Source: Candidatus Latescibacterota bacterium
GTDB lineage: Bacteria; Latescibacterota; UBA2968; UBA8231
Direction: 5' to 3'
DNA: 64,000 nt
Assembly (NCBI GenBank): GCA_965217585.1
Contig: OZ244561.1
Span: 4,096,001-4,160,000 of the forward strand
This document shows, piece after piece, positions 1 to 9,035 of the stretch (positions are counted from its first letter, which is position 1; every line of letters begins with the position of its first letter). Both the position numbers and the translations under genes were made by a program. The notes below the pieces were generated by a model. It had not been told where the DNA came from. It worked only from the letters and a program-made list of their open reading frames with translations, and searched no databases.

Positions 1-1376
1 AGCTTGTGGATGGCCTCTTCCCAACGCAGCGCACCCTGCTCGCGGACGAAGCGGCGCAAAAAGTAGGGGAAGGCCCCATAGGAGCGGGGATGGTGCTTAC
101 CCTCGGCCAAGGTGCCTTCGGGCACCAGCGAGAAGCCATCGGAGATGACGCCGCCAGTGGGGTGGCGAGCGATGTTGAGGAAGTCCTCCTCAGACACGTC
201 CTCGGCCAGCATCCACGGCCGCGCGCGCTCTTCAACGAGGATGTCGCAGACCGCGTCGTGAGGCTTCTGGCCGCGCCGCCGACCGATCTCGGCAAAGCTC
301 AGGCCGACAAAGGAGGCGTTTTGCTCGGCGCTGCCCAGCCAGATCTTGTCCCATTGCCCATTCCGCGCCAAGTTGCGCTTGCGGCTGCCGCCGCTCTCGG
401 CTCCGTGCTGCACGGTGTCCTGCTCGATCTTGGCGCGGGTCTCCGGGTCTTGTAACCTCCTCAACAGGGCTTCGTCGCCACCGGCCAAGGCCCAGGGGGG
501 CAATAGCGACTTGAGAGTGGTGCTGCCGACCGTATAGGGAATGGCGTCGCAGCTAATGTCGCAGCCCTCGCGGCGCTTCTGGTCAATGGTGGCGAGCAGG
601 TCGCGGGTTGCGCCGATCATCGGTGCACCAGGCTGCATGTGCGAGACGTGGGCTGCAACCGCGGCTTGCTCGCCAACGGCAATGACCTCGCCGACGGCTT
701 GAGCAATCGACTCGGTCTGGTTGCGGATGTGCGAGGTGTAGATGCCGCCGTACTCAGAGACGACCTTGCCCAACTCGACGAGTTCCTCCAGCGCCGCATA
801 CGGGCCGGGCGCGTACGCCAAGCCCGACGACAACCCCATCGCGCCGTCTGCCATCGCGCGGGCGACGAGCGCCTTCATCTGCTCCATTTCAGCCGCAGTC
901 GGCGGGCGGTCGTCGTAGCCCATGGCGGCGACGCGCACGTTGCCGTGGCCGACCAAGGTCGCGGTATTCGTGCCCAATCCATTGGCTTCGAGCCGCTGGA
1001 AATAGTCGCCGAAATGGGTCCAATCGCACGCCAAACCACGGGTCATCGCCGGGTCGAGCGGGCCGTAGTACGGCTCGTAGTCGCGGGTGGGCGCGGCCGA
1101 GACGCCGCAGTTGCCCATGACTTGGGTCGTAATGCCCTGCGTGAGGGAACTGAGCGCGCGGCCGTCGAGGGCGATGGTCAGGTCCGAATGCGTGTGGATG
1201 TCGATAAATCCAGGGCAGGCGATGCGGCCCTCGGCGTCGATGGTGTGCCGGGCAGTGGCCGCAGCAAGATCGCCGATGGCCACGATGCGGCCCTGCTCAA
1301 CGGCGATGTCGCCGCGGAAAGCCGGCTGGCCGCTGCCGTCGAGAAGCTGGGCGTTGCGGATTAACAGGTCGTACAT
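1..1376 (-). CDS. N-acyl-D-amino-acid deacylase (D-aminoacylase, amidohydrolase family); 3' end runs off the window
   Basis: Manual minus-strand translation from ATG at 1376: MYDLLIRNAQLLDGSGQPAFRGDIAVEQGRIVAIG...CPGFIDIHTHSD (HxH metal motif). Absent from the ORF track because its stop lies outside the window. Confidence 0.85.
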   Translation of the reverse strand, partial: MYDLLIRNAQLLDGSGQPAFRGDIAVEQGRIVAIGDLAAATARHTIDAEGRIACPGFIDIHTHSDLTIALDGRALSSLTQGITTQVMGNCGVSAAPTRDYEPYYGPLDPAMTRGLACDWTHFGDYFQRLEANGLGTNTATLVGHGNVRVAAMGYDDRPPTAAEMEQMKALVARAMADGAMGLSSGLAYAPGPYAALEELVELGKVVSEYGGIYTSHIRNQTESIAQAVGEVIAVGEQAAVAAHVSHMQPGAPMIGATRDLLATIDQKRREGCDISCDAIPYTVGSTTLKSLLPPWALAGGDEALLRRLQDPETRAKIEQDTVQHGAESGGSRKRNLARNGQWDKIWLGSAEQNASFVGLSFAEIGRRRGQKPHDAVCDILVEERARPWMLAEDVSEEDFLNIARHPTGGVISDGFSLVPEGTLAEGKHHPRSYGAFPYFLRRFVREQGALRWEEAIHK

Positions 1377-1609
1377 GTTTTACCTCGCGTTTTGGATTGA
1401 AGTGGCGTTTTGTATAAATAAGCAAAAATAAACCAAACCGCACTGAGCCGAGCACTGAGATGAACTGACAAATGTGCTATCTAATCGTAGGCGTCGCCAT
1501 CGCATTGCGCATTGCTAGTGCTAGTGATCGATATCTGTAGGGACGTAGCGTGAGTCCGCGCCTCGTGGCATGGTTGCTTGCTCATCAGTTATTTCCAATG
1601 TTACGTATA

Positions 1610-2748
1610 TATAGCAATCCTGAATGAGTTGAGAGCATCATTTAATTTTTCTATGTTATCCTGCGTTTGGTATGGCCCCCCTTTTTTAGGAGCTTATCTA
1701 TGCCTTCGGATACTTCTCTTACGGCGTTTATCGCCAGCAATCCCGATGCACGGGAATTGAAACGGGCGTTAGCGGTTCACATGACGCAGTTGGGCTTCAA
1801 ACAACGGGTGATCCAATCCATTCTCGGCGTACCGTCGAGCTTCATTAGCACGTGGAAGAAACGCTATCAGGCCAAGGGCGTGGACGGTTTGCGCTTGGGT
1901 TATACCGGGTCGCAGCCTTTTTTGTCGGCCGATCAATGTGCACAAATCCACGCGTGGTTAGCCACCCAACCGCAGCCTTCGGTCGCCGGGTTAGCCGCCT
2001 ATATCCGAACCCAGTTTGGCGTGGTCTTTCGCTCATCGCAAAGCTATTACGACCTACTTTCGCAGGCTCGCTATAGCTGGAAAAAGACGCAAGCCCGTAT
2101 GCCGAAAGCCGATCCACAACAGACGATGGACCGGCGAGAAGCCATTAAAAAAAACTAGCCGATCATAAGGCCGACCTTGAAGCCGGCCACGTCAGTGCCT
2201 TTTTCGTTGATGAGTCGCACCTGCACTGGGACGAAGCCTGTGGCTATGCTTGGGGACGCCAAGACCAACGGCTTGAGGTTTCCATTGAAAATGGCCGTCA
2301 ACGACAAACCTATTATGGAGCCTTAGAGGTGGTCAAGGGCACCTTCCTCATGCAAAGCTACCCGAAGGCCAATTCACAGCATACCGTGGACTTTGTACGC
2401 TACCTACAACAGCGTCGTCCCGGGCAAAAGTTGTTGATCTTTTGGGACGGCGTTTCCTATCATCATCAACAGGCCATGCGTGATTTTCTGCAAGCGATCC
2501 AAGCCGATCAAGCACCCAACGAGTGGAAGATCGACTGTACGCGATTGGCCCCGTATGCACCGCAAGAAAATCCGGTCGAAGACCTCTGGTTAAAAGGCAA
2601 GACCTTTGTGCGCACCCATGCGTTATGGACCACCTGTTTTGAACAGATTAAAGACCTATTCGTCAAGGGAATTCGACAGAACAGATACTTCCATTTCCCC
2701 AAGTTGAAACAATATGCAATATCTCTTAAATGATTTAGGATTGCTATA
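1610..2748 (+). mobile_element. IS630-family insertion sequence, complete
   Basis: Terminal inverted repeats TATAGCAATCCTGAATGAGTTGAGA (from 1610) and TCTCTTAAATGATTTAGGATTGCTATA (to 2748), with TA at both ends; encloses a split transposase. Confidence 0.92.
1700..2733 (+). CDS. IS630 transposase: HTH orfA (1700-2158) joined to DDE orfB by a -1 frameshift at the A8 run 2147-2154
   Basis: RBS AGGAG before ATG 1700; orfA ends ...AIKKN*. The -1 frame continues KKLADHKADLEAGHVSAFFVDESH...IFWDGVSYH...PQENPVEDLW, the D-D-E triad. Confidence 0.88.
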
Positions 2749-3140
2749 GGATCACAACATCGCATGAGGTATCGAGCCTGACGAACGGGGTCAGCTACCA
2801 GTTCCAGGTGCGGGCGATGTATCGGGGGAAGGTAAAGGTTGTGTCGTTCATCCAGTCGGTGACGCCGCAGGGGCCGCCCACCTTTTCCCAGGACAGCGTA
2901 TCCTATTCGGTTCAGGCCGGTTCCACTTTCCATGAAACATTACCTTCGGCGGAAGGAGCCGATAGCTATGAGACCTCCGGTACCGTACCAGGGTATGTCG
3001 AGATCAACAAGACAACCCGTGCTATAACAATTCAGCCGGAGAACACGCATGTGGGTGATGACGACTTCATCTGGCGCGCCCGCAACACACACGGCACAGA
3101 CGACCTGACCGTCAATATAACGGTCGTCTCCACCTCCACC

Positions 3141-4108
3141 GAGACGGAGTATGCCTACCAGATCAGTGCTTCTGGCAGCAATGCACCTTCGTTTGACGCC
3201 TCCTCCAGTGGGATACCCACCAACTGGTCGTCGTCTCGGCAGACGCCGGTCTCGGCAGCGCCCTACGAGTGGCAGATCAGCCGCACGCGGCTGGCGGGCG
3301 GCTCCTGGAGCAACTGGGGCGGGGCCACGGTGGTACGGACCTACGAGGCACCCCCTGAGAAGCCGTCTGAAAACCCCCTGTCGGGCTGTTTTTCGGGTGG
3401 TCAAGCGATCTAGGCGTCGAGCGTTTTTCATAGGGCGAGACGCCCTCGATCCCAGCGGCTTGGAGTCAAAGCAGAGATCGAAACCCTAGTTTTCAGACGG
3501 CTTCTGAGACGCAATATGCGTAACGACTAAACAATTCTTCTTCCAGCGCACCTTCGTTTAGCGCCTCGGCCAGTGGGCGACCCACCGGCTGGTCGTCGTC
3601 GCGGCAGACGCCCACATCAAGTAATCGCTATGAGTGGCGCATCAGCCGCACGCGGCCGACGGGCGGCTCGTGGAGCAATTGGGGCGGGGCTACGGTAGTA
3701 CGGACCTCCACCGAGACGCAATATGCCTACCAGATCAGTGCTTCTGGCAGCAATGCACCTTCGTTTAGCGCCTCCTCCAGTGGGATACCTTCCGGCTGGT
3801 CATCGTCTCGGCAGACGCCGGTTTCGGCAGCACCCTACGAGTGGCGCATCAGCCGCACGCGGCCGACGGGCGGCTCGTGGAGTAATTGGGGCGGGGCCAC
3901 GGTGGTACGGACCTACACCGCGAGACAGTCTGCCTACCGGTGGAACAACTCCAGCTCTAACCCACCGACGTTCAGTGCCACCACTCGTGGTGTGCCTTCC
4001 GGCTGGTCGTCGTCTCGGCAGACTCCTGTCTCGACGGTGCCCTACGAGTGGCGCGTCAGCCGCACGCGACCGACGGGCGGCTCCTGGTCCAACTGGGGTC
4101 GCGGCTAG
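3141..4108 (+). repeat. Four tandem coding repeats of ~207 bp (69 aa)
   Basis: Units start at about 3141, 3357/3506, 3713 and 3920. Consensus ETQYAYxxxxSxSxAPSFSASSSGxPxGWSSSRQTPVSxxPYEWRISRTRPTGGSWSNWGGATVVRT. Confidence 0.9.
3359..3504. mobile_element. 146-bp MITE with IS5-like ends
   Basis: Perfect 16-bp inverted repeats GAAGCCGTCTGAAAAC / GTTTTCAGACGGCTTC flanked by a TGA duplication (3356-3358, 3505-3507). Removing it restores the repeat reading frame. Confidence 0.85.
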
Positions 4109-4118
4109 TGCGTGAAGA

Positions 4119-4151
4119 GGCCGGCGGCGCAGACAACCCGCGCCGCCGGCC
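4119..4151 (+). terminator. GC-rich hairpin after the repeat gene
   Basis: 12-bp stem GGCCGGCGGCGC / GCGCCGCCGGCC; no clear U-tract. Confidence 0.35.
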
Positions 4152-4483
4152 AAGCATTATAGAGCCTCCTTTGGACACTGCCGTCCTGTTCACGCCCGAC
4201 AGCGCGGTGAATTTTGTCCCTGAGTGCGGGTCGTCCTATCTTTCTGACAGAGTGCAAGGAACCCGCCACCCCTAGGGACGTCTGATCCCTGATGGACGAG
4301 TCGTTGCAGGTCAGACTCCCGACCTGCTGATACCACCCGAACCCTCAGCCGAAATCTTCCCGTCAACAGTTCGAATGGGCGCGCACATCCTTTTGTCTTC
4401 TTATCTTATTTGGTTCCTATTACGCCCGGCGAAGTTGCCGACGTGCAGAAAATTTCTGCGCTAAACCAAAGAAAGGCACGCCA

Positions 4484-6199
4484 ATGAAATCTTTTTTTAG
4501 GCTTTCATGCCTTTGCCTCGTCTGCGCCGCGTTCACCGCGGCCAGCGTTCGGGCCGAGACCTCTTCCCCGCTGCTGCAGGCCATGCAGGAGGAATTGACC
4601 CGCTCCTTCAGTCTGCTCAAGGAGCAGCCGATCCCGCCCTACTACCTCAGCTACGAAATCACCGAGACGCAGGGGGTCCGCGTCGGAGCCTCCTTCGGCG
4701 TACTGACCTACAGCGACGAATCGCGCCGCCGCCAGCTCGACATCGATCTGCGCGTGGGGGACTACGCCTTCGACAATACGCATCAGGTGCGCGGCAGTCC
4801 TACCAATTGGTCCGACCGCTATTCGATGATCGAAATTCCCATTGAGGATGATCCGGACGCCATCCGCAGCGTGCTCTGGTACCACACCGACAAAAAATAC
4901 AAGCGCGCCATTGAACAACTGACCACGGTCAAGACCAACGTCCAGGTCAAGGTGGAAGAGGAAGACCAGTCGGACGATTTCTCCACAGAACCAGTCGAAC
5001 GCTATGTGGAAGCCCCCGCCTCCTTCGTCATCTCCCGCGACGAATGGGAGGCCAAGCTGAAGAAGTACACGGCCCCCTTCGCCCAATACGGCGATATCTA
5101 CGAAGCCAACGCCAGCCTCTCGGCCAATATCTCGACCCGCCAATACGTCAACAGCGAGGGCGGCGAGATCCAGACTTCGCAGGTGCTCTACCGCCTGTTC
5201 GTCTACGCCTTCACCAAAGCCGACGACGGCATGGAGTTGCCGCGCTACGAATCCTTCTCCGCCTTTGCCCCGGAGGGCCTGCCCGGCGACGACGAGGTCC
5301 TCGTCTTGGTCGATCGCATGATTGACGACTTGCACGCCCTGCGCGACGCCCCGGTGGTGGCTCCCTACACCGGTCCGGCGATTCTCTCGGGCCGCGCCAG
5401 TGGCGTCCTCTTCCACGAAATCTTCGGCCATCGCATTGAGGGCCACCGCCAGAAGCGCGAGGACGAGGGCCAGACCTTTAAGAAGAAAGTGGGGGAGAAA
5501 GTCCTGCCCGAGACCTTCTCGGTTTACTTCGATCCCACCCAGACAAGCAGCGCCGGCAAGGATCTGGTGGGGGCCTATGCGTATGACAATCAGGGCGTCA
5601 AGGGGCGTCGGGTGGCCGTCGTCGAGAACGGGATTTTTCGCCGCTTCCTCATGTCGCGCTCGCCGATCGAGAATTTCTCCCATTCCAATGGCCACGGACG
5701 CAAGCAGCCGGGCTATACCCCTGTGGCGCGCCAGTCCAACCTCATCGTCGAGACCTCGGAGCCGCTGACCCGGAATCAGCTCAAGGAAATGCTCATCGAA
5801 CAGTGCCGCATGGAGAACAAGGAGTTCGGTCTCTACTTCGAGGACATCCAGGGGGGATTCACCATCACCGGCCGCTCCATAGCCAACTCCTTCAACGTGC
5901 TTCCCATTCTGGTTTACCGCATTTACGCCGACGGGCGCGAAGAACTAGTGCGCGGAGTTGACCTGATCGGTACGCCGCTCACTGCCTTCAGTCAGATTGC
6001 CGCGGCTGACGATCAGATCGGCGTGTTCAATGGCATCTGCGGCGCTGAGTCGGGAGGCGTGCCCGTGGCTGCGGTTTCTCCTGGCATTTTCATCTCGCAG
6101 ATTGAAGTGCAGAAGAAGGATAAGTCCCAAGAGCGCCGACCCATCCTCGAAGTGCCTTTCTCTGAGTCCCCTGAAGAAGAAGCCGACGATCTCCTTTGA
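4484..6199 (+). CDS. tldD: TldD-family metalloprotease with N-terminal signal peptide
   Basis: HEIFGHRIEG (HExxGH zinc motif), YDNQGV, SNGHGR...RQSNL, and C-terminal GICG cysteine. Hydrophobic N-terminus ending ASVRA. Confidence 0.85.
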   Translation: MKSFFRLSCLCLVCAAFTAASVRAETSSPLLQAMQEELTRSFSLLKEQPIPPYYLSYEITETQGVRVGASFGVLTYSDESRRRQLDIDLRVGDYAFDNTHQVRGSPTNWSDRYSMIEIPIEDDPDAIRSVLWYHTDKKYKRAIEQLTTVKTNVQVKVEEEDQSDDFSTEPVERYVEAPASFVISRDEWEAKLKKYTAPFAQYGDIYEANASLSANISTRQYVNSEGGEIQTSQVLYRLFVYAFTKADDGMELPRYESFSAFAPEGLPGDDEVLVLVDRMIDDLHALRDAPVVAPYTGPAILSGRASGVLFHEIFGHRIEGHRQKREDEGQTFKKKVGEKVLPETFSVYFDPTQTSSAGKDLVGAYAYDNQGVKGRRVAVVENGIFRRFLMSRSPIENFSHSNGHGRKQPGYTPVARQSNLIVETSEPLTRNQLKEMLIEQCRMENKEFGLYFEDIQGGFTITGRSIANSFNVLPILVYRIYADGREELVRGVDLIGTPLTAFSQIAAADDQIGVFNGICGAESGGVPVAAVSPGIFISQIEVQKKDKSQERRPILEVPFSESPEEEADDLL

Positions 6200-6228
6200 T
6201 CCCGTTCCCATCCGGCAGGAGCCATCCC

Positions 6229-8001
6229 ATGCGCAAAAGGACCTTTATCCACGTTCTAACGACCGCTACCTTCTTGGCGTTTTCCGCCGTCCACGCCGAA
6301 GAAGACATTCTGCAGCGCGCCCTGCGCGACGAATTGGCGCGCTCGATGCAGCAACTCCAGCTCGAAGACCTAGAGCAGCCCTACTTCATTTCCTACCTCG
6401 TGCGCGAAGTAAAGTCCAAGAGCAGCTCGGCGACCTTCGGCAGTCTGCTGAACAGCGGCGAGGGGCACTCGCGAGCGCTCAGCGTCGAAGTGCGGGTCGG
6501 GGACTACGCCCTCGACAACACCAACTTCCGCTCGTTCTCCTTCGGCGGTACGGGAGTGGTGCGCATGTACGGCGGCAGCATGCAATTGCCCCTTGAGGAC
6601 GACTACGACGAGTTGCGACGCAAGATCTGGCTGGCCACCGACGGTGCCTACAAGAAGGCGCTCGAAGATCTGGCCAAGAAGCGCGCCACCTTGCAGAACA
6701 AAACCCGCACCGAGGAAATTCCCGATTTCAGCAAAGAAGAGCCCGCTACCGCAGCACACGAAATGGCACCCGCCGTCTTGGATCTCGACGCGCTGGAGCA
6801 GCGAGTGAGCCAGCTTTCGGGCCTGTTCCGCGAGATGCCCGACATCTACACTTCGCGGGTCCGTTTCAATGGCTCCAATACCTCGGCCCACTACCTCAAC
6901 AGCGAAGGCTCTTCCTTCTCCCGCACGAGCTCGTCGCTGGCCTTTACCGCGGTCGCCGCTACTCAAGCTTCCGACGGCATGCCGCTGGAGGACTTCGTCG
7001 CCGTGTACGCCCGTTCACCGGAAGACCTTCCCAGCGACGACGATCTAGCCGCGCAGATCGGTGCCATGGGCGAGCGTCTGAAGCAGCTTCGTCAGGCACC
7101 GCTGGTCGGGCGCTATACCGGCCCCGTGATCTTCTCGGGCCAGGCGGCCACGGAGCTGTTCAACCAGGGGTTTGTGCCCTATCTGCTATCGACGCGCCGG
7201 GCGCTGACCGACAATCCGCAATACGAGCGCTTCTACCCCCAGAAGAAGGAAAACCCTTTCCTCGACAAGATCGGCGTGCGCGTCCTGCCCGAATTCTTAG
7301 GAGTGCGCGCCGAGCCGCTCATGGGTGCCTATAAGAAGCAGCCCTTGTTCGGCGGCTACGAGGTGGACGACGAAGGCGTGCCGGCGCGTCCGATCCGCTT
7401 GGTGCGGAAGGGCGTGTTGGAGACCCTGTTGACGACGCGCACGCCCGTGCGCGGCATCGACCAGAGCACCGGCAGTCGCCGCGGTCCGGGCGTCGCCCCC
7501 AGCAATATTCTGGTCGAGGCGGAGAAGGGCCTGAGCGAAAAGCAGATCCGCAAGGAGTTTTTCAAGCTGATCAAAAGGCAGAAAAAACAGTACGGCTACA
7601 TCGTCACCCACATCGCCAACTCGTCGTACAACGTAGAACCTCAGGTTATCTACTATTCCTCCGGTTCCTCCGACGACGAGGACAAGCTGGCAAACGCGAT
7701 CTTCGTCTATAAAGTCTATCTCGACGACCGCGAGGAACTAGTGCGCAACGCGGAATTTGCGGGTATCGGCCTCTATACCTTCAAGGACATCGTGAAGGTG
7801 TCCAAGACGCTCGCGGTCAACACCGTTCCCTTTAGCTCGCAGAGCAACGATGCCTCTCCCTTTTCCGGCGGGCGGGGTGAGTCAGTCCTAGTGAGTATTG
7901 TCACCCCTCGTATGATCCTGTTCGAGGACATCACGCTCAAGCCGCCGAGCGGCGAGATTCCCAAAGCGCCCGTATCCACGCATCCCTTCTTCGACAAGTG
8001 A
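6229..8001 (+). CDS. TldE/PmbA-like non-catalytic partner with signal peptide
   Basis: RBS AGGAG, ATG 6229. Paralogous to the upstream TldD (PYFISY, VRVGDYALDNT, YTGPVIFSG, DDEGV) but lacks HExxH; signal peptide ends SAVHA. Confidence 0.8.
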   Translation: MRKRTFIHVLTTATFLAFSAVHAEEDILQRALRDELARSMQQLQLEDLEQPYFISYLVREVKSKSSSATFGSLLNSGEGHSRALSVEVRVGDYALDNTNFRSFSFGGTGVVRMYGGSMQLPLEDDYDELRRKIWLATDGAYKKALEDLAKKRATLQNKTRTEEIPDFSKEEPATAAHEMAPAVLDLDALEQRVSQLSGLFREMPDIYTSRVRFNGSNTSAHYLNSEGSSFSRTSSSLAFTAVAATQASDGMPLEDFVAVYARSPEDLPSDDDLAAQIGAMGERLKQLRQAPLVGRYTGPVIFSGQAATELFNQGFVPYLLSTRRALTDNPQYERFYPQKKENPFLDKIGVRVLPEFLGVRAEPLMGAYKKQPLFGGYEVDDEGVPARPIRLVRKGVLETLLTTRTPVRGIDQSTGSRRGPGVAPSNILVEAEKGLSEKQIRKEFFKLIKRQKKQYGYIVTHIANSSYNVEPQVIYYSSGSSDDEDKLANAIFVYKVYLDDREELVRNAEFAGIGLYTFKDIVKVSKTLAVNTVPFSSQSNDASPFSGGRGESVLVSIVTPRMILFEDITLKPPSGEIPKAPVSTHPFFDK

Positions 8002-8020
8002 AGGGTCGCCGAGACGCCGA

Positions 8021-9025
8021 TTAGACTCCGGTGAAGGCTTTGGCCTTGTCCTCTGTCTTGGGTGGCCGCGTCGGGCGGGCGGCGCGTAGCTCGCCCCAAA
8101 GGGCGATGGCGATGCCCACGAGGATGATGCCGCCGCCGATGAGCTGGGCTCGCATGGGCACCTCGCCTAGGATGAGACCGGCGAAGAGTACACCGGCCAC
8201 CGGCGAAAAGGACGAGGCCGTAGCAATATCGGCGGGGCGCACGCGCTTGATGCCGGCAAACCACGCCAACTGACCACAAGCCACCACGATCCCTCCGTAC
8301 AGCAGCATCCAGCCCCATAGCAGCGGGGAGAAGATGTCGGCGAAGTGGTCAAGGCCAAAAACGTATAGGCCAATTCCGAGGAAGAAGAGCGCGCCGACTA
8401 TATTGCGGAAGACGCTGAAGATGCCCAAGGGGATGGTCTGGAGTTGTTTGCGGCCGATCTCGGCACCGCAGACGAGGAGCACCGTAGCGGCGGCGGCAAA
8501 GAATTCACCATGGCCCACTCCGCCTTGCATCCGCGCTGCGGCCATGCTCTCTGGCGACGCGTCCATCTGCAAGACGAGGGTCGTGGCCACGCCGCCGAGG
8601 GCGCACAACGCCCCCAGTACTGCACTCCAGCTCGACTTTTCTCGATAGAGCAGCCAAGCCAACAACAGGCCGAGGGGAATTTCTATCGTCTCAATTAGGA
8701 CGATGTTGGTGACGGAGGTATGGGCGATGGCCGTAAACATCATGGCCGGGGCTATTGCGCCGGAGGTAAGGGCCAAGGCCGTCTGCACCAGCCATTGCCG
8801 ACGCGATAGGGTGCGCAGGCGGGTGGGGTGCCATTCCCGGTGATAGAGGGCGAACAGGGTTAGTGCCGCGACGAGATTGCCGGCGAAAAGCAGGTTGCAA
8901 AAGGAAATGGGATTGCTGCCGTCTATCAGGTTTGCCTCGCCGATTTCGACGAGGCGGGCCACCACCGAAGCGGCGGCGGCGAAGATCAGTATGGCGATCC
9001 ACAGGTATGTTCGTCCCCAGGTCAT
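8021..9025 (-). CDS. DMT/EamA-family transporter
   Basis: About 10 hydrophobic segments in two repeats; C-terminal PVAGVLFAGLILGE...QLIGGGIILVG motif. Confidence 0.85.
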   Translation of the reverse strand: MTWGRTYLWIAILIFAAAASVVARLVEIGEANLIDGSNPISFCNLLFAGNLVAALTLFALYHREWHPTRLRTLSRRQWLVQTALALTSGAIAPAMMFTAIAHTSVTNIVLIETIEIPLGLLLAWLLYREKSSWSAVLGALCALGGVATTLVLQMDASPESMAAARMQGGVGHGEFFAAAATVLLVCGAEIGRKQLQTIPLGIFSVFRNIVGALFFLGIGLYVFGLDHFADIFSPLLWGWMLLYGGIVVACGQLAWFAGIKRVRPADIATASSFSPVAGVLFAGLILGEVPMRAQLIGGGIILVGIAIALWGELRAARPTRPPKTEDKAKAFTGV

Positions 9026-9035
9026 TAGTAGTGGT

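Larger units (their letters stand above)
2749..4108 (+). pseudogene. 5'-truncated surface/adhesin-like gene: FN3 C-terminal half, Ig/cadherin-like domain and four ~69-aa Ser/Thr/Trp-rich repeats
   Basis: The frame opens directly at the IS end with SSLTNGVSYQFQVRA (FN3 signature), then PPTFSQDSVSYSV...WRARNTHGTDDLTVNITV, then the repeats. Interrupted by a MITE and by TAA at 3521-3523. Confidence 0.75.

Noticed and set aside
6-1364. Plus-strand ORFs 6-455 and 639-1364
   Set aside because: Antisense shadows of the minus-strand D-aminoacylase. The same applies to most overlapping ORFs in the track, given the high GC content.
1440-1470. Short repeats GCACTGAG / GCACTGAG / AACTGAC
   Set aside because: Too short and degenerate to support a function.
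1578-1611. Sequence left of IS630 as the 5' part of the FN3 gene
   Set aside because: It is in frame after removing the IS, but gives only ~11 codons with no FN3 or signal-peptide character. The real 5' part appears deleted.
3141-4108. Repeat region as a CRISPR array or DGR template/variable repeat pair
   Set aside because: Units are ~207-bp in-frame coding repeats without spacers. Differences are not adenine-specific, and no cas or reverse transcriptase gene is present.
4306-4327. Hairpin GCAGGTC-AGACTCCC-GACCTGC
   Set aside because: A single 7-bp stem with no second copy in the window.
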